Source: Antedon mediterranea
Taxonomy: Eukaryota > Animalia > Echinodermata
DNA: 64,000 bases
NCBI RefSeq assembly: GCF_964355755.1
Contig: NC_092676.1
Coordinates: forward strand, 21,780,871-21,844,870
Reading direction: 5' to 3'
Shown: in pieces, positions 38,329-51,438 of the stretch
Layout of the letters: every line of letters begins with the position of its first letter
How positions within the stretch are numbered: position 1 is the first letter of the stretch
Made by a program: the position numbers and the translations under genes
The notes under the pieces: model-generated
The model's input: only the letters and a program-made list of their open reading frames with translations
What the model was told of the DNA's origin: nothing
Database searches by the model: none

Positions 38329-39736
38329 ATTTAATGGCGTACATTATATTATAATAAGTCTTTTAAATCATACTTTGGAAAAAGCAGTTAAATGAAATGT
38401 GTCAATTTTTGTCTATAGAAATGTATATCTTGTTTTAACTATGTATTGAAAGAAATTTATTCTTTCATCTCAATACATACTTAGCTTAATTTTGCGTGAG
38501 AAGTAGAAGACACCGTTCTACACCAACACAATTTAGTTTGCAAACTCAACATTTGCCAGTGTAGAACAGTTGTATCACACAATGAAATTGGCGATTACCT
38601 GCGAAGCCATGGAATCATTAACGTAAAATAGAGTAAACAAAAATGTTCTAAGTGCAATAAGAAATTTAAATTTAAATTTAATTTTATCTTATTTAATATT
38701 AGTAATTATATAACAATATTTAGAAATAACATTTAGATACACTAGCTCTAGTATATCTATTTACAATTGTATATTTACCTATTTTAAAAATTTTTAATTA
38801 TATGATCAATTTTCATAAGTATTTACTGTAAATAATGTCGGTTTGACTAATTGCTATGTATATTTTTAATTTGCATAATACAATATTATATCAAATAAAC
38901 AACGTGTTATTGTATAATGAAATTTGTGAGGGATATAATATAAAATAAATAAACAAAACGCCCAGTGATTGAAATTCTTGGCAAAATGAGCAATACATTT
39001 TTCACCTCGTACTAAAGATAAGAAGTCGAGATTTTATTATTATTATTATTATTTACAATTCCTGAAATCCAATAGGCTCTCTAAGTATAACGGCAAAAAA
39101 AAAAATAAAACTAGGATGATAAAAAAAATATGAAAACGCTTTTGTGCAAACAAAGCAAGTACGATACTTAAATTGTATTTTACCAAGTAGTAATAATATA
39201 TGTTGATATAAAGTAATAATATAATGAATGATTACAATGCGTTTCCGAATTCCAATGACCTACTTCAATAGATTATAAAACAATCATGTGAATTTAAGCC
39301 CTTGTATTAACCTTAGAAAATCTTTAATACAATAACACATCTATGATTATAATATTTACGAAGGTGACTACCATCCGGCATTTAGTATTCTACAATTTGT
39401 TTAACGGTCTACTGTACGTGTTGAGGGCTCGAAGATAGTTTATGTTGAAGGATTTTAGTATGCGTGGCATTGTGATTATGGTAATAGTTTCACTAGTGTT
39501 TGAGAATGTGGTAACTTCAGAAGAAAAAAGAAGTAAGTAAAAATTTGGTAATTAATCCGAATAAAAATTTTACAAAATAATAGTAGACTACTCATCTCAA
39601 TAAATACTATAACCACGATTGTGTATTTTTTAGTAAAAGTAGGAACAAATATACTTTCGGAAGGTTTACGTAAAAAGTGTCACGTCACGACTAAATTACT
39701 AAAAGAGCATTTTAATGAATTGTTTTCCATTTTCAG

Positions 39737-42400
39737 TTTATAACGACCATGTATCCATGTGTTACGTAATATCATGGGCACAGTATAGAGCTGGAATCGG
39801 AGCTTTTACTGTGGATAACATCGATCCAACGCTTTGCACACACGTGATCTACGCCTTTGCAACTATTGACGATGACATGCACTTAGCAGCCTTGGAATGG
39901 AACGACTTGTCCAAAACATGGTTAGTCGGAAACTATGAGAGACTACATCAGCTTAAAAACATAAATCCGGATCTACAAATAATACTTAGTGTCGGTGGAT
40001 TTTCATTCGGAACTGAACCATTTACAATGATGACGTCTAATGTAGAGGTGCGAGCTGAGTTTATCCGACATGCAGTGACTTTTCTGAGGGCCAACACATT
40101 TGATGGATTACAGATTGATTGGCAGTATCCTACTTTTGGTACTAGTCCACCGGAAGATCGCCAAAGATACACATTTCTGCTTCAGGCATGTTAGAGTCAC
40201 ATCTCATCTATGACTCTAAACACAGAGTTTCACATTTTTACTCTAGTTGTGTATCACATTCTTAAAGAGTATTAACAAAGTATAATCTGATTCAAAACAT
40301 AATTACCGTACTTCCACAATCCAACCTACACCAACGTTGGTGCAAATTGGTTTTTAGGATATTGTAGGTTGGTTTTGTGGATGTTGCTTATAGGCCTATT
40401 GTTAATTTTCTGTTGTAATTGTTTCTCTTCTTGTTCTTTTTTTGTATATGATTTTTATATGGTTGTACTATCCGAAATAAAGAAATGAATGAATAGATTA
40501 TACAAAAAATACCAATGCTTTTCATATCACTGGGTTCTCATGTCAACTATATCAGATCTATCCGTCGGACACCGAAAATGGTCATACTGTATGTCACTTC
40601 CTATCCCGTCAAAAAAGTAAACAGTTTTCATTGTGTTTGTCTAGTTTGTAAAGTGTTTTTATTTGTAATTTCAGGAACTTAAAGAAGCATTTCGTGAAGA
40701 GTCTGAACAACTAGAAAGAAAGCAGCTTATTCTTATTGCGGCAGTTGCTGGAGACAAGTACTATGAAAAGGCATATGAGATTGATAAAGTTTCAAGGTAA
40801 ACAGAGTAGAGCTTTAAATCGCATTTTCCATAACTTCTTATAAGGAGTTGCTGAACAATTTACTGTGTGGTCTTGTGTCTAAATCATTGCTACTGTTCAA
40901 GATATGAATAATTATAAAATCTTATGCTAATATTTTGCAATACATGTAAATCAATTATAAATCAAGTAATGTTATGCGGGATACCTTTGGTAATCATAGA
41001 AAAACTCATTTTGCATAGGATTTTCAATCAATAGCTTAGTCGATGGTGACATCTTACTATCAAAATAAAATTATTGATAATTCGTATTTCCAGGGCTGTA
41101 GACTATTTAACCGTACGTGCGTTTTACCTATATGATCCAGACGAACGAATAACTATACTTCACACACCACTTTATTCTAATCCGGGAGATTTGGACCACC
41201 ATGAATCTACGGTATTTATTTTATTCGTTCGTTCGTTTGTTCAATCTAATATTTCAGAATATCTGGTCTGTGGAAAATAACTTAATTACGTGTAAATTAG
41301 AAAATAAACTTTACTGACTGATTATGATGATGAATATAATAGGTAAAAATGTTGTACCAATATATATACCTTAAGAATAAAATCATTTGCTTAAGCTATT
41401 TTATTCTTTATAATTATTATTTAAAGGAATCCGTAGTTGGATTGTGGACGAATGGAGGAGCAAGTTACTCTAAAATTGTTGTTAGTGTATCAACATTTGC
41501 CGTAACGTTTACTCTATTGGACTCAACCGAATCCTACATCGGTGCGCCAACAATTGGTGATGGCAAACCTGGACCATACGTCAACCAACCTGGGTTATTG
41601 GCGTATTATGAGGTATTTTGGACATTGATTGTAAAAATGTGTTTATTTTTTAAAGCCATTGTTCACGCTTTCATAATATATCATGAAATGTACCTCTGTT
41701 TAGACCTCTGCAAACTTTAAACGTATTATAATGTTTACAACTGCTCACACTATGCAAAAAGGAAAAGGAAGAAGAAAAAGAAGTCATGGTTGTTTACGTT
41801 TGAAATATCTACAATAAATAACAATCAGCTCAGCAGTCATCAACGTCAGACATGATACCAGAAGAGGAAGAAGAAGGCCTAGTAAAAACATAAATGTCTA
41901 TAAGATGTTGTAAAGATATTCTAACATAGACTTCACCTCTTTATCTCTAGGCATGTCCATTTGTCAACAACTACGACATTTATTTTGATGAAGAACAGGT
42001 TGCATTTTATGCAGTTTTGGAAGATCAATGGATATCATTTGATCACTTTAGAAGTATCGAATTAAAGGTAAAAATTGTTCAAAATGAATTACAACATTGT
42101 TTATGTTCACTTGATTATTGTGGTACCGTGCGGTATTATCTTATAGGGAAAGTAGTACAGTAATACATATCACTGTAGTTGACAACTTTCAACCGGGCAC
42201 TAATAATAAATAAAACACGTTCTCGGATGCCTTAAACATGTACTCATTATTATTGCTCTTTTTTAAGATGGATTGGGTGAAACAAAATGGATTTGCTGGT
42301 GTTGCTATCTGGTCGATGCCTATGGATGATTTTAATGGCACGGCTTGTCTTGAAGGAAGAAATCCTCTGCTGAATGCTATAGTTGATAACTTGAGGACAG
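39737..42400 (+). CDS. Gene B GH18 chitinase-like domain exons
   Basis: CYVISWAQYR, DPTLCTHVIYAFA, LSVGGF, FDGLQIDWQYP, VDYLTVRAFY, PGLLAYYE, GFAGVAIWSMPMDDFNG. Confidence 0.92.
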
Positions 42401-42479
42401 GTAAGACTTTCAACTTTGTTCACCACTGTGTCATCTTAACTATCTAAAGAAAACAACGTTTTAGGGCTCCTTTAAGCTG

Positions 42480-43993
42480 TCAACTGTCTATTCTTGAACC
42501 AACCACAGATGAGGAGATCGAGAAATTGATCAAGGCATCCCCGATAAAGTCTTGTGAGCTAGATTCTATTCCAACTTGGCTTTTAAGGGATTGCGCTCCT
42601 GTAATAGTTCCAGTGCTAATGAAATTAGTTAATCTTTCACTTATCACATCCACAGTACCACAGAATTTAAAGAAAGCACATGTACGGCCTTTGCTGAAGA
42701 AGACTGGCCTCAACCCAGAAGTTCTTAAAAATTATAGACCGGTTTCAAATTTATCCTTTGTTTCGAAGCTTATTGAGCGTGTTGTTGCAGTTAGACTCTC
42801 TAAGCATATGTCAAATCACAACCTCCATGAAACTTACCAATCAGCATACAAAGCTAACCACAGTGTTGAGACAGCGCCTCTACGTGTTCAGAATGACGTT
42901 TTGACATCAATAGATAATCAAGAACTTGTTATTCTAGTTTTACTAGACTTATCGGCTGTTTTTGACACAGTAGATCACTCACTGCTTCTTCATAGATTGT
43001 CACATGATATTGGGGTAAGAGATCAAGCATTGTCTTGGTTCACATCATATCTAAGGAACAGAACCCAGGCCGTCTGCATTGGTGATGTTTCATCAGATGA
43101 CCTTCCTCTATTATGTGGCGTCCCACAAGGTTCGGTGCTTGGACCACAGCTGTTTTCCATCTATGTTGCACCAGTTGCTGAAATAATACGAAGACACGGA
43201 TTATGTCATCATTTCTATGCAGATGATATACAAATCTACGTTTCTGTCAAGCCTTGCCAGACCAAGTTTCTGTCCGCCGTAAAACGGTTAGAAACATGCA
43301 CTGCTGAGATTAGAAAATGGATGGGCTCCAACTTCCTCAAGCTAAATGATAAAAAGACCGAGGTGATCCTATTTGGTTCTGTTCAGCAGAGAAAAAAGAT
43401 CCGGTTTGATGGCCTACATATTGGTGGCGTACTAGTCAATCCATCATCAGAAGTTCGTAACCTTGGTGTACAACTTGATTGTAAAATGACCATGGAATCA
43501 CATATCAACAAAATCTGCCGATCTGCTATTTTCCATTTATGTAACATCGCCAAGATCAGACGTTACATGAACTTGCTTGGTGATGTGTGCCAAGAAGTAT
43601 GATCACGTCACACCATTGTTCAAAGAGTTAAATTGGCTACCCATGGAGTCACGTATTCAATTTAAGATCCTGCTGCTGGTGTTCCGATGCCTAAATAGTT
43701 GCGCTCCAAAATATCTCTCAGAATTGTTGACAGTCAAGAAGGGAAAGCTAAGATCTAGTCATCAGGTGCTACTGGACATTTCAAGGAGCAAACATAGTTG
43801 GGGAGATCGGACTTTCAGTGTTGCTGGACCTAGGCTCTGGAACCACCTACCCTTGAACATTAAACACACATCATTATTGAGTCACTTTAAGTCACTACTC
43901 AAAACTCACCTTTTCTGATTTTTTTTTACAGCGCCATGAGCAATGAATGTTGGAATGGCGCTATATAAATTGAACGATTGATTGATTGATTGT
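42480..43993 (+). mobile_element. 5'-truncated L2/CR1-group LINE (reverse transcriptase fragment) in a gene B intron
   Basis: ORF 42526-43602 with NYRPVSNL, QSAYK..HSVET, LLDLSAVFDTVDH, GVPQGSVLGP, FYADDIQIY, LKLNDKKTE; frameshifted C-terminal part 43577-43918 (HVTPLFKELNWLP..FSVAGPRLWNHLP); 3' end GCGCTATATAAAT plus a (GATT)n tail. Confidence 0.93.
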
Positions 43994-44659
43994 GTAATTT
44001 CTTTTTTTTTTTGTAACAAGCGGATCTTGACAATTTACATCAAATCACAGGTTACATTTTTATTGAATATCATTGCAAGAGTAGAGAAGCCAGCTGAGGT
44101 GGGGAAGTAGGAGGCCATGCCCACTTCCCTTTACCCACATCGTCGAAGAATGTGACCTCTTCATCAAGGAAGACTTGACACTTGTGTTCATTGTTTATTC
44201 GACACAATCTTCAAGCCACTTTTGCTCCTTTTTTAACCGTAGGGCAAAACTCGCAAATTGAGTAACATTGGCTAATTCAACACATAAATGAATTCCCGTG
44301 TCTTACATAAAAGATAGCTAACATTTTTTTAAATTATTTTTGATAATCAGATTCTGAATAATAAATGTTCTGTATTTTAGGTTCATTGGCATTAGTAAAC
44401 GGTTTTTCTAGCCGAGAAGGACTTCTTACAATGTGGCAAAATGGAACATGGAGATATATCTGTGATGATCACTGGACTCAAGACGATGCAAATATTGCAT
44501 GTAGGCAACTTGGATATCAAGGATCAATTCCTCTTAATGAAGTCCCAATCTTTGAACGGTTAGAAGGCCTGTATTACCCTGTAATTGTTGGTAAAATAAA
44601 CTGCGAACCCAGTGGGCAAAAATTGGTTGAATTAACGTTAATTCAACGTTATCTGCAAA

Positions 44660-45320
44660 CGTTGAAATAACGTTGAAAAAGTGGTTGAAAATGAAAGTTT
44701 GCCTCAACGTAAATGTCAACGTTGAATCAACATAGAAATTATCAACGTTGAAACAACGTTAAAATAAGTAACGTTGAAATAACGTTGAAAAAATGGTTGA
44801 AAATGAAAGTTTGCCTCAACGTAAATGTCAACGTTGAATCAACATAGAAATTATCAACGTTGAAACAACGTTAAAATAGGTAACGTTGAAATAACGTTGA
44901 AAAAATGGTTGAAAATGAAAGTTTGCCTCAACGTAAATGTCAACGTTGAATCAACATAGAAATTATCAACGTTGAAACAACGTTAAAATAGGTAACGTTG
45001 AAATAACGTTGAAAAAATGGTTGAAAATGAAAGTTTGCCTCAACGTAAATGTCAACGTTGAATCAACATAGAAATTATCAACGTTGAAACAACGTTAAAA
45101 TAGGTAACGTTGAAATAACGTTGAAAAAATGGTTGAAAATGAAAGTTTGCCTCAACGTAAATGTCAACGTTGAATCAACATAGAAATTATCAACGTTGAA
45201 ACAACGTTAAAATAAGTAACGTTGAAATAACGTTAAAAAAAAATGGTTGAAAATGAAAGTTTGCCTCAACAAAAATGTCAACGTTGATTCAACATAGATT
45301 ATCAACGTTGAAACAATGTA
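44660..45320. repeat. 112-bp subterminal tandem repeat (~6 copies) of the EnSpm-like element
   Basis: TGAAAGTTTGCCTC recurs at 44692, 44804 and 44916 (period 112); rich in AACGTT palindromes. Confidence 0.92.
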
Positions 45321-46484
45321 AAAATGTCTACGTTGAAATTATCAATGTTGATTCAATGTTGAAATTATTAACGTTGAAACAACGTAAATATTAAGTTGAA
45401 ATGAAAATTTGCATCAATGTAAATTTAAACATAGATTTAACGTTGAAATTTGATTTGTTGAATTACTATATCCAATTTGAATCAACGGTTTTAAAGTAGT
45501 TAGTAGTAAAGTTACTGTTACGTCGCAGAATCCATCAATAGAGACATTTTATAAATACTGTATATCTTACTCTTTAATTTCTATAAAAACATAAAATAAC
45601 ATTTAATCAGGTGTTATCAAATCATCAGGCAAAATCCAAACAACAATCAAATAATGTACAGTACATCCTCACTGACAGTTCTCAGGTACCAGTGTTAAGT
45701 ATAAAAAATATACTAATAACCAGTTTGTAATATGTTTGCCAACTAACATGATTGAATAACTATAAATATTGGCTGATTACAGTAAAACACAATAAATACA
45801 ACACACGTCACAGGTGCCTTGTGCTAATGTTGCAGAAGTCCAAATGATGGCAATAACACAATACTGTAATTGCATTGTTCCGATTAGTCAATAAACAGTT
45901 GCCTCGATTCCTGTGTTGACATTGTCCTATGCTTTCCAAAAGTGTGGCAATATTATTTTTCCAAACCTGAAACAAATTCAATCAAGTTACTGTAGTTTTA
46001 AACAAAAATAATACAGTAAAAAATTAATTGTTGAAAGATTTATTGTCCCCAAAAAACATGAACAATGAAGATTAATACAATCATACTTTGAATACCTTGC
46101 CATTTTGCAATTTTAACAATTTAGATATTCACTTGCCGTAGAAAATAAACAAAAACAATAAAGATTTCACTTAACAAAAATACAAAATAAACAGTACATT
46201 TAACCAAAAACCAATTGTTTGTTTAAATTGTCCCCCTTTTAAGGTACAAATGCATTTTTAAAAATCTAATTTTTGGTCAAACTGAACAACTCTATAGTGA
46301 CGGCATATTCAACAAAACATTTAAAAAAAAATTGTTCAGTTCAATTATATCTTTAACACATTGTTCAAAAATCATACTGTACATAAACAAAAATTCAATT
46401 CAGAACATCATTTCACACTTACACGTAAAATATGCAATCAATTCAATTTATGTAAATAATATTGCAACACTGTATTAATATTTA

Positions 46485-47889
46485 CGCCATGGTTAGGATT
46501 CCGGCACCGAAACTCAACTGCCCAGCGTTAGGGAATCCGACACACTATTGCGCATGCCCAGAGCAAGGTAATCGGCGACTCTATTTTTGTCTACAACAGA
46601 CCAAAGCGTGGTTCCCACTAGCGACGCAACACAAGGACGTAACGCAACGCAAGTAAATTGACCAATCACAAGCGATGGCTTATTCGCTTGTGATTGCTAA
46701 CTGTCTATAACTTCGCTTGTCATTGGTTAAAACGCTTGCGTTGCGTTTACGTCCTTGCGTTACGTTCTAGTGGGAACCAAGCTTTACAGCGATGGATCAT
46801 TTTAATAGCTGCGCCACGGCGAACTAGCCGGCCTACATGCCTACTAATACTAGTAGGCCTACAAGCTAGATGTGACCATTGGGCCTATTTATTTCGTAAT
46901 TAAATTTGCTGCTTCATTCATATATAAACTTTATATATTTATGAATTATAATTGCATGACTAGTTTTAATTTTTATGATTTTTCAAGTACAAAATAAAAG
47001 ATTTCATATAACGCATTTATACTGTACATAACATCATTTGATTTGAAGTTGATTTGTTGACAGCAGCCGCCGTGCGGATGTGAAAAAAAAAAACAGAACT
47101 GTTCGGGAGAAGTCGGTGTCGCAACGCTACGCTATTCATTTTCGTACATTTCTTGAAATACGCAAGCTGATTCTTATCGATATCATAATAATTATTTTAA
47201 CGCGTGGCGTAATTAATTCATGTATGGCCTAGGCCAAGTTTCATCCATCGCTCTCTTCCCCGCGCGACGACTAACTAGGCCACAGCAAAGATATCTTTGG
47301 CTACACAGTACATCCCTAGTTAACACTCCGACTCTCGGGTAATGTGGTGCGCGGTCTGTGGCACTATTGCAAGCTATAACAAAGAACTTATAACACAAGA
47401 ATCTCCTGTTCGTCCGAAGCGCGTAACAATTTCGAAAGGCATTGTGGGATAGAATAGAGCTATGGGTGGCGCCATATTGGGATCCATGGAGTAGGGCGCC
47501 CGCATCAAATTAGAAAGTCAAAATCATAGAGGGGATCTGCTAATGCTCTAGGGGGGATAGAGTAATTGACTGAGGAGTAGGGCGCCTGCATCAAATTAGA
47601 AAGTCAAAATCATAGAGGGGATCTGGTCTGCTAATACTCTAGAGGGGTAGAGTAATTGACTTCCTAGTTTGGAGGGGGCGCTGCTCCATGCTGTGAAATG
47701 GCGTCGCCCAGTTTGACCTTTTAACCCTGTACTTCCGATACTGTGTTTTGAATGCAAATTGAAGAACAGGAGATTCTTGTGTTATAAGTTCTTTGGCTAT
47801 AATTACTTCGCTCTGGGCATGCGCAATAGCGTGTCGGATTCCCTAACGATGGGAAGTTGAGTTGCGGTGCCGGAATCCTAATCACGGCG
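46485..47889. mobile_element. Mutator/MULE-like non-autonomous element nested in the EnSpm-like element
   Basis: ~80-bp TIRs (CGCCATGGTTAGGATTCCGGCACCG...GCGCATGCCCAGAGC and its reverse complement); exact 9-bp TSD TAATATTTA at 46476-46484 and 47890-47898. Confidence 0.85.
46605..46783. mobile_element. ~180-bp Harbinger-like MITE nested in the MULE-like element
   Basis: TGGTTCCCACTAG ... CTAGTGGGAACCAAGCT|TTA; inverted copy of the 25896-26072 family. Confidence 0.78.
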
Positions 47890-49229
47890 TAATATTTATT
47901 CAATTCAATATTAAAGTTAAGAACTATAAATACCAACCTTTTGTATATAAAAATATTGATCATCCATTAGATTTTTCTCGTTTGATTCACATAGAAAAGA
48001 TTATAGGCCTACATGTACTTCATTATTTTGTACTCTAGCTAGGCATAGGCCTAAGGGCCTTATTAGCTAGGCCTACAATCTGAAATAAAGAAAGCGAGTA
48101 AGTTTAACAAATAGCCGTCCTAGGCTAGCAGCATGTGTTTTAGCAGCTACTGTAGACAGCCTAGCAGAAAGCTAGCTAGGCCAACTAATTATATATTATA
48201 ATGTTATATTTATGTATACTTTTGGATAAATAAAGAAAGTATTGAACTAAAAGGCATAATAGTACATACCATTTTATAACCATAATAAGTACAGTACTGT
48301 AGTTATCCTTGGCAAGGCAAATGTTTGCCCTTGACATGCATAATACCATAGAGATATTATAGTAATATCTCTATGATAATACTAAATGCTTCCACTAGGC
48401 CTAGTGAGTGAATTCAGTTCATCAGTTTGGCAGCCTGCCTAGCCTATTAGCCTAGCCTACCACACCAAGCTAATAATAGCCTAGGCCTAGCTAGCTATGC
48501 ATGTGTGGCCTACTAGACTAGAGGCTAGCTATTGACAATATTGATAAGGGTAAAATAGTCGAGCTCAAAGCTTATAAATTAGTAGATTACAAATAAAAAA
48601 GATTGTTTTCCTACCTCAAAACATACTTATTTGACAATTTCAATGATGAGCCTTTTTTTTCTACACACCACTGTAATAACTGTAGGCCTAGCCTACGTCG
48701 AAGTAACTGAAATTACTGACACCAGTTTCAAAATTTTATCAAAACGAAACTAACCAATGACAAGCTCGTATCTTATGAAATTTGATCTTGCAAAGGATCA
48801 TTCAATTTTCAACACAACTTCTAGAACATTTTTGTATTATACAGAGACAATAATATTTGCCAATCTAAAATTCCTAAATAACCAATAATCATTTGTTTTA
48901 CAATAAAGGATGATAAAATAAACCGCCAACTGAAATCTAATGTTAATTTAACGTTGAAACATCAATGGCAACGCACTTAAACACATATTATTTAATATTA
49001 AACGTTAAAAACATGTCATTTAATTAAGTATTAAATAGAATTTATCTTTAATTTAACGTTTAATATTAACATTGAAAAACAAAAATAATAATTGTTTGAA
49101 AAAACAACATAATTTCAAGAGTTTTTCAACGTTGAAAACATGTCATTTGAAAATGACAACTGGATTTCAACGTTAAAATAACATTGGAATAACATTGAAA
49201 AACAAAAATAATAACTGTTTGAAAAAAAA

Positions 49230-50960
49230 TACTAGTTAGAAATACAATGTTATTTCAACGTTGGATCAACATTGATAAATTAACGTAAATTACTAGTTAG
49301 AAATACAATGTTATTTCAACGTTGGATCAACATTAATAAATTAACGTAAATTACTAGTTAGAAAGACAATGTTATTTCAACGTTGGATCAACATTGATAA
49401 ATTAACGTAAATTTCTAGTTAAAAATACAATGTTATTGCAACGTTGGATCAACATTGATAAATTAACGTAAATTACTAGTTAAAAATACAATGTTATTTC
49501 AACGTTGGATCAACATTGATAAATTAACGTAAATTTCTAGTTAAAAATACTATGTGATTTTAACGTTGGATCAACATTGATAAATTAACGTAAGTTTCTA
49601 GTTAAAAATACTATGTGATTTTAACGTTGGATCAACATTTATAAATTAACGTAAATTACTAGTTAGAAAGACAATGTTATTTCAACGTTTGATCAACAAT
49701 GATAAATTAACTTAAATTACTAGTTAAAAAGACAATGTTATTTCAACGTTGGATTAACATTAATAAATTAACGTAAATTTCTAGTTAAAAATACAATGTT
49801 ATTTCAACGTTGGATCAACATTAATAAATTAACGTAAATTTCTAGTTAAAAATACATTGTTATTTCAACGTTGGATCAACATTGATAAATTAACGTAAAT
49901 TACTAGTTAAAAATACAATGTGATTTCAACGTTGGATCAACATTGATAAATTAACGTAAATTACTAGTTAAAAATACAATGTTATTTCAACGTTGGATCA
50001 ACATTGATAAATTAACGTAAATTTCGAGTTAAAAATACAATGTGATTTTAACGTTGGATCAACATTGATAAATTAAGGTAAATTACTAGTTAGAAAGACA
50101 ATGTTATTTCAACGTTGGATCAACATTGATAAATTAACGTAAATTACTAGTTAGAAAGACAATGTTATTTCAACGTTGGATCAACATTGATAAATTAACT
50201 TAAATTACTAGTTAGAAAGACAATGTTAATTCAACGTTGGATCAACATTGATAATAAAACGAAAACTTCTAGTTAGAAATACAATGTTATTTCAACGTTG
50301 GATCAACATTGATAAATTAACGTAAATTTCTAGTTAGAAAGACAATGTTATTTCAACGTTAAATCAACATTGATAAATTAACGTAAATTACTAGTTAGAA
50401 AGACAATGTTATTTCAACGTTGGATCAACATTGATAATAAAACGTAAATTTCTAGTTAGAAATACAATGTTATTTCAACGTTGGATCAACATTGATAAAT
50501 TAACGTAAATTTCTAGTTAAAAATACAATGTTATTTCAACGTTGGATCAACATTGACAAATTAACGTAAATTACTAGTTAGAAAGACAATGTTATTTCAA
50601 CGTTAAATCAACATTGATAAATTAACGTAAATTACTAGTTAGAAGGACAATGTTATTTTAACGTTGGATCAACATTGATAAATTAACGTAAATTTCTAGT
50701 TAAAAATACAATGTTATCTCAATGTTGAATCAACATTTATAAATTAACGTAAAACATTTGTTTGAAAAACAATGTTATTTCAACGTTGGATCAACATTGA
50801 TAAATTAACGTAAAACATTTGTTAGAAAGACAATGTTATTTCAACGTTAAATCAACATTTATTAATTAACATAAATTACTAGTTTAAAAGAAAATGTTAT
50901 TTCAACGTTGATTCAATGTTTATTACTAAACGTTAAAAAAATAGTTAGGGAAAAAATGTT
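49230..50960. repeat. 61-bp subterminal tandem repeat (~28 copies) of the EnSpm-like element
   Basis: TTGGATCAAC recurs at 49261, 49322 and 49383 (period 61); unit TTACTAGTTAGAAATACAATGTTATTTCAACGTTGGATCAACATTGATAAATTAACGTAAA. Confidence 0.95.
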
Positions 50961-51438
50961 ATTTCAACGTTGATTCAACGTTTGAAATACGCTGACAACA
51001 TGATTTCAACAAATCAACTATATTTCAACGTTGATTCAACGTTGAAATTATGTTCTGTGCCCACTGGGAAGGCACAGAGAGGAGACTTGCGGAGTGCGCA
51101 TGGGCAGAATCGACTACTCAAAATTGTCAACCGGTTTCTTTATTGTGCAACAGTAAGTTAGTATTCTACACATGTCTTTAATTCACCATTTCTATATACG
51201 TCTTTTTCTAAGATTTTATAAATACATTATATTCACATTATTTTGTAAGCGTTTGGAATGTAGATAAAAGGTAGGCCTATTTGGTCTAATGACACGATGT
51301 TACACAGTAGGCCTAAAATGAACATGTACTGTAGATACGTAACTCAGACTAATGGACTATCTTAGCTACATGATGAGTGAATTTGTAGATGCGATGACAA
51401 AAAACTTATTAGTTCATGTGATTACTATTTGTCCATAG

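Larger units (their letters stand above)
44608..51068. mobile_element. 6.46-kb non-autonomous EnSpm/CACTA (CMC)-type transposon inserted in the gene B SRCR exon
   Basis: TIR CCCAGTGGGCA / TGCCCACTGGG, 2-bp TSD AA, long AACGTT-rich subterminal tandem arrays at both ends; removing it restores an open 309-nt exon. Confidence 0.9.

Noticed and set aside
42526-43918. Reverse transcriptase as a domain of gene B or part of a diversity-generating system
   Set aside because: It is a 5'-truncated, frameshifted L2/CR1-type LINE with its own 3' tail, lying within an intron; gene A has no equivalent.
44660-50960. Regular AACGTT-rich arrays as CRISPR or independent satellites
   Set aside because: No spacers; both arrays lie just inside the TIRs of one transposon.
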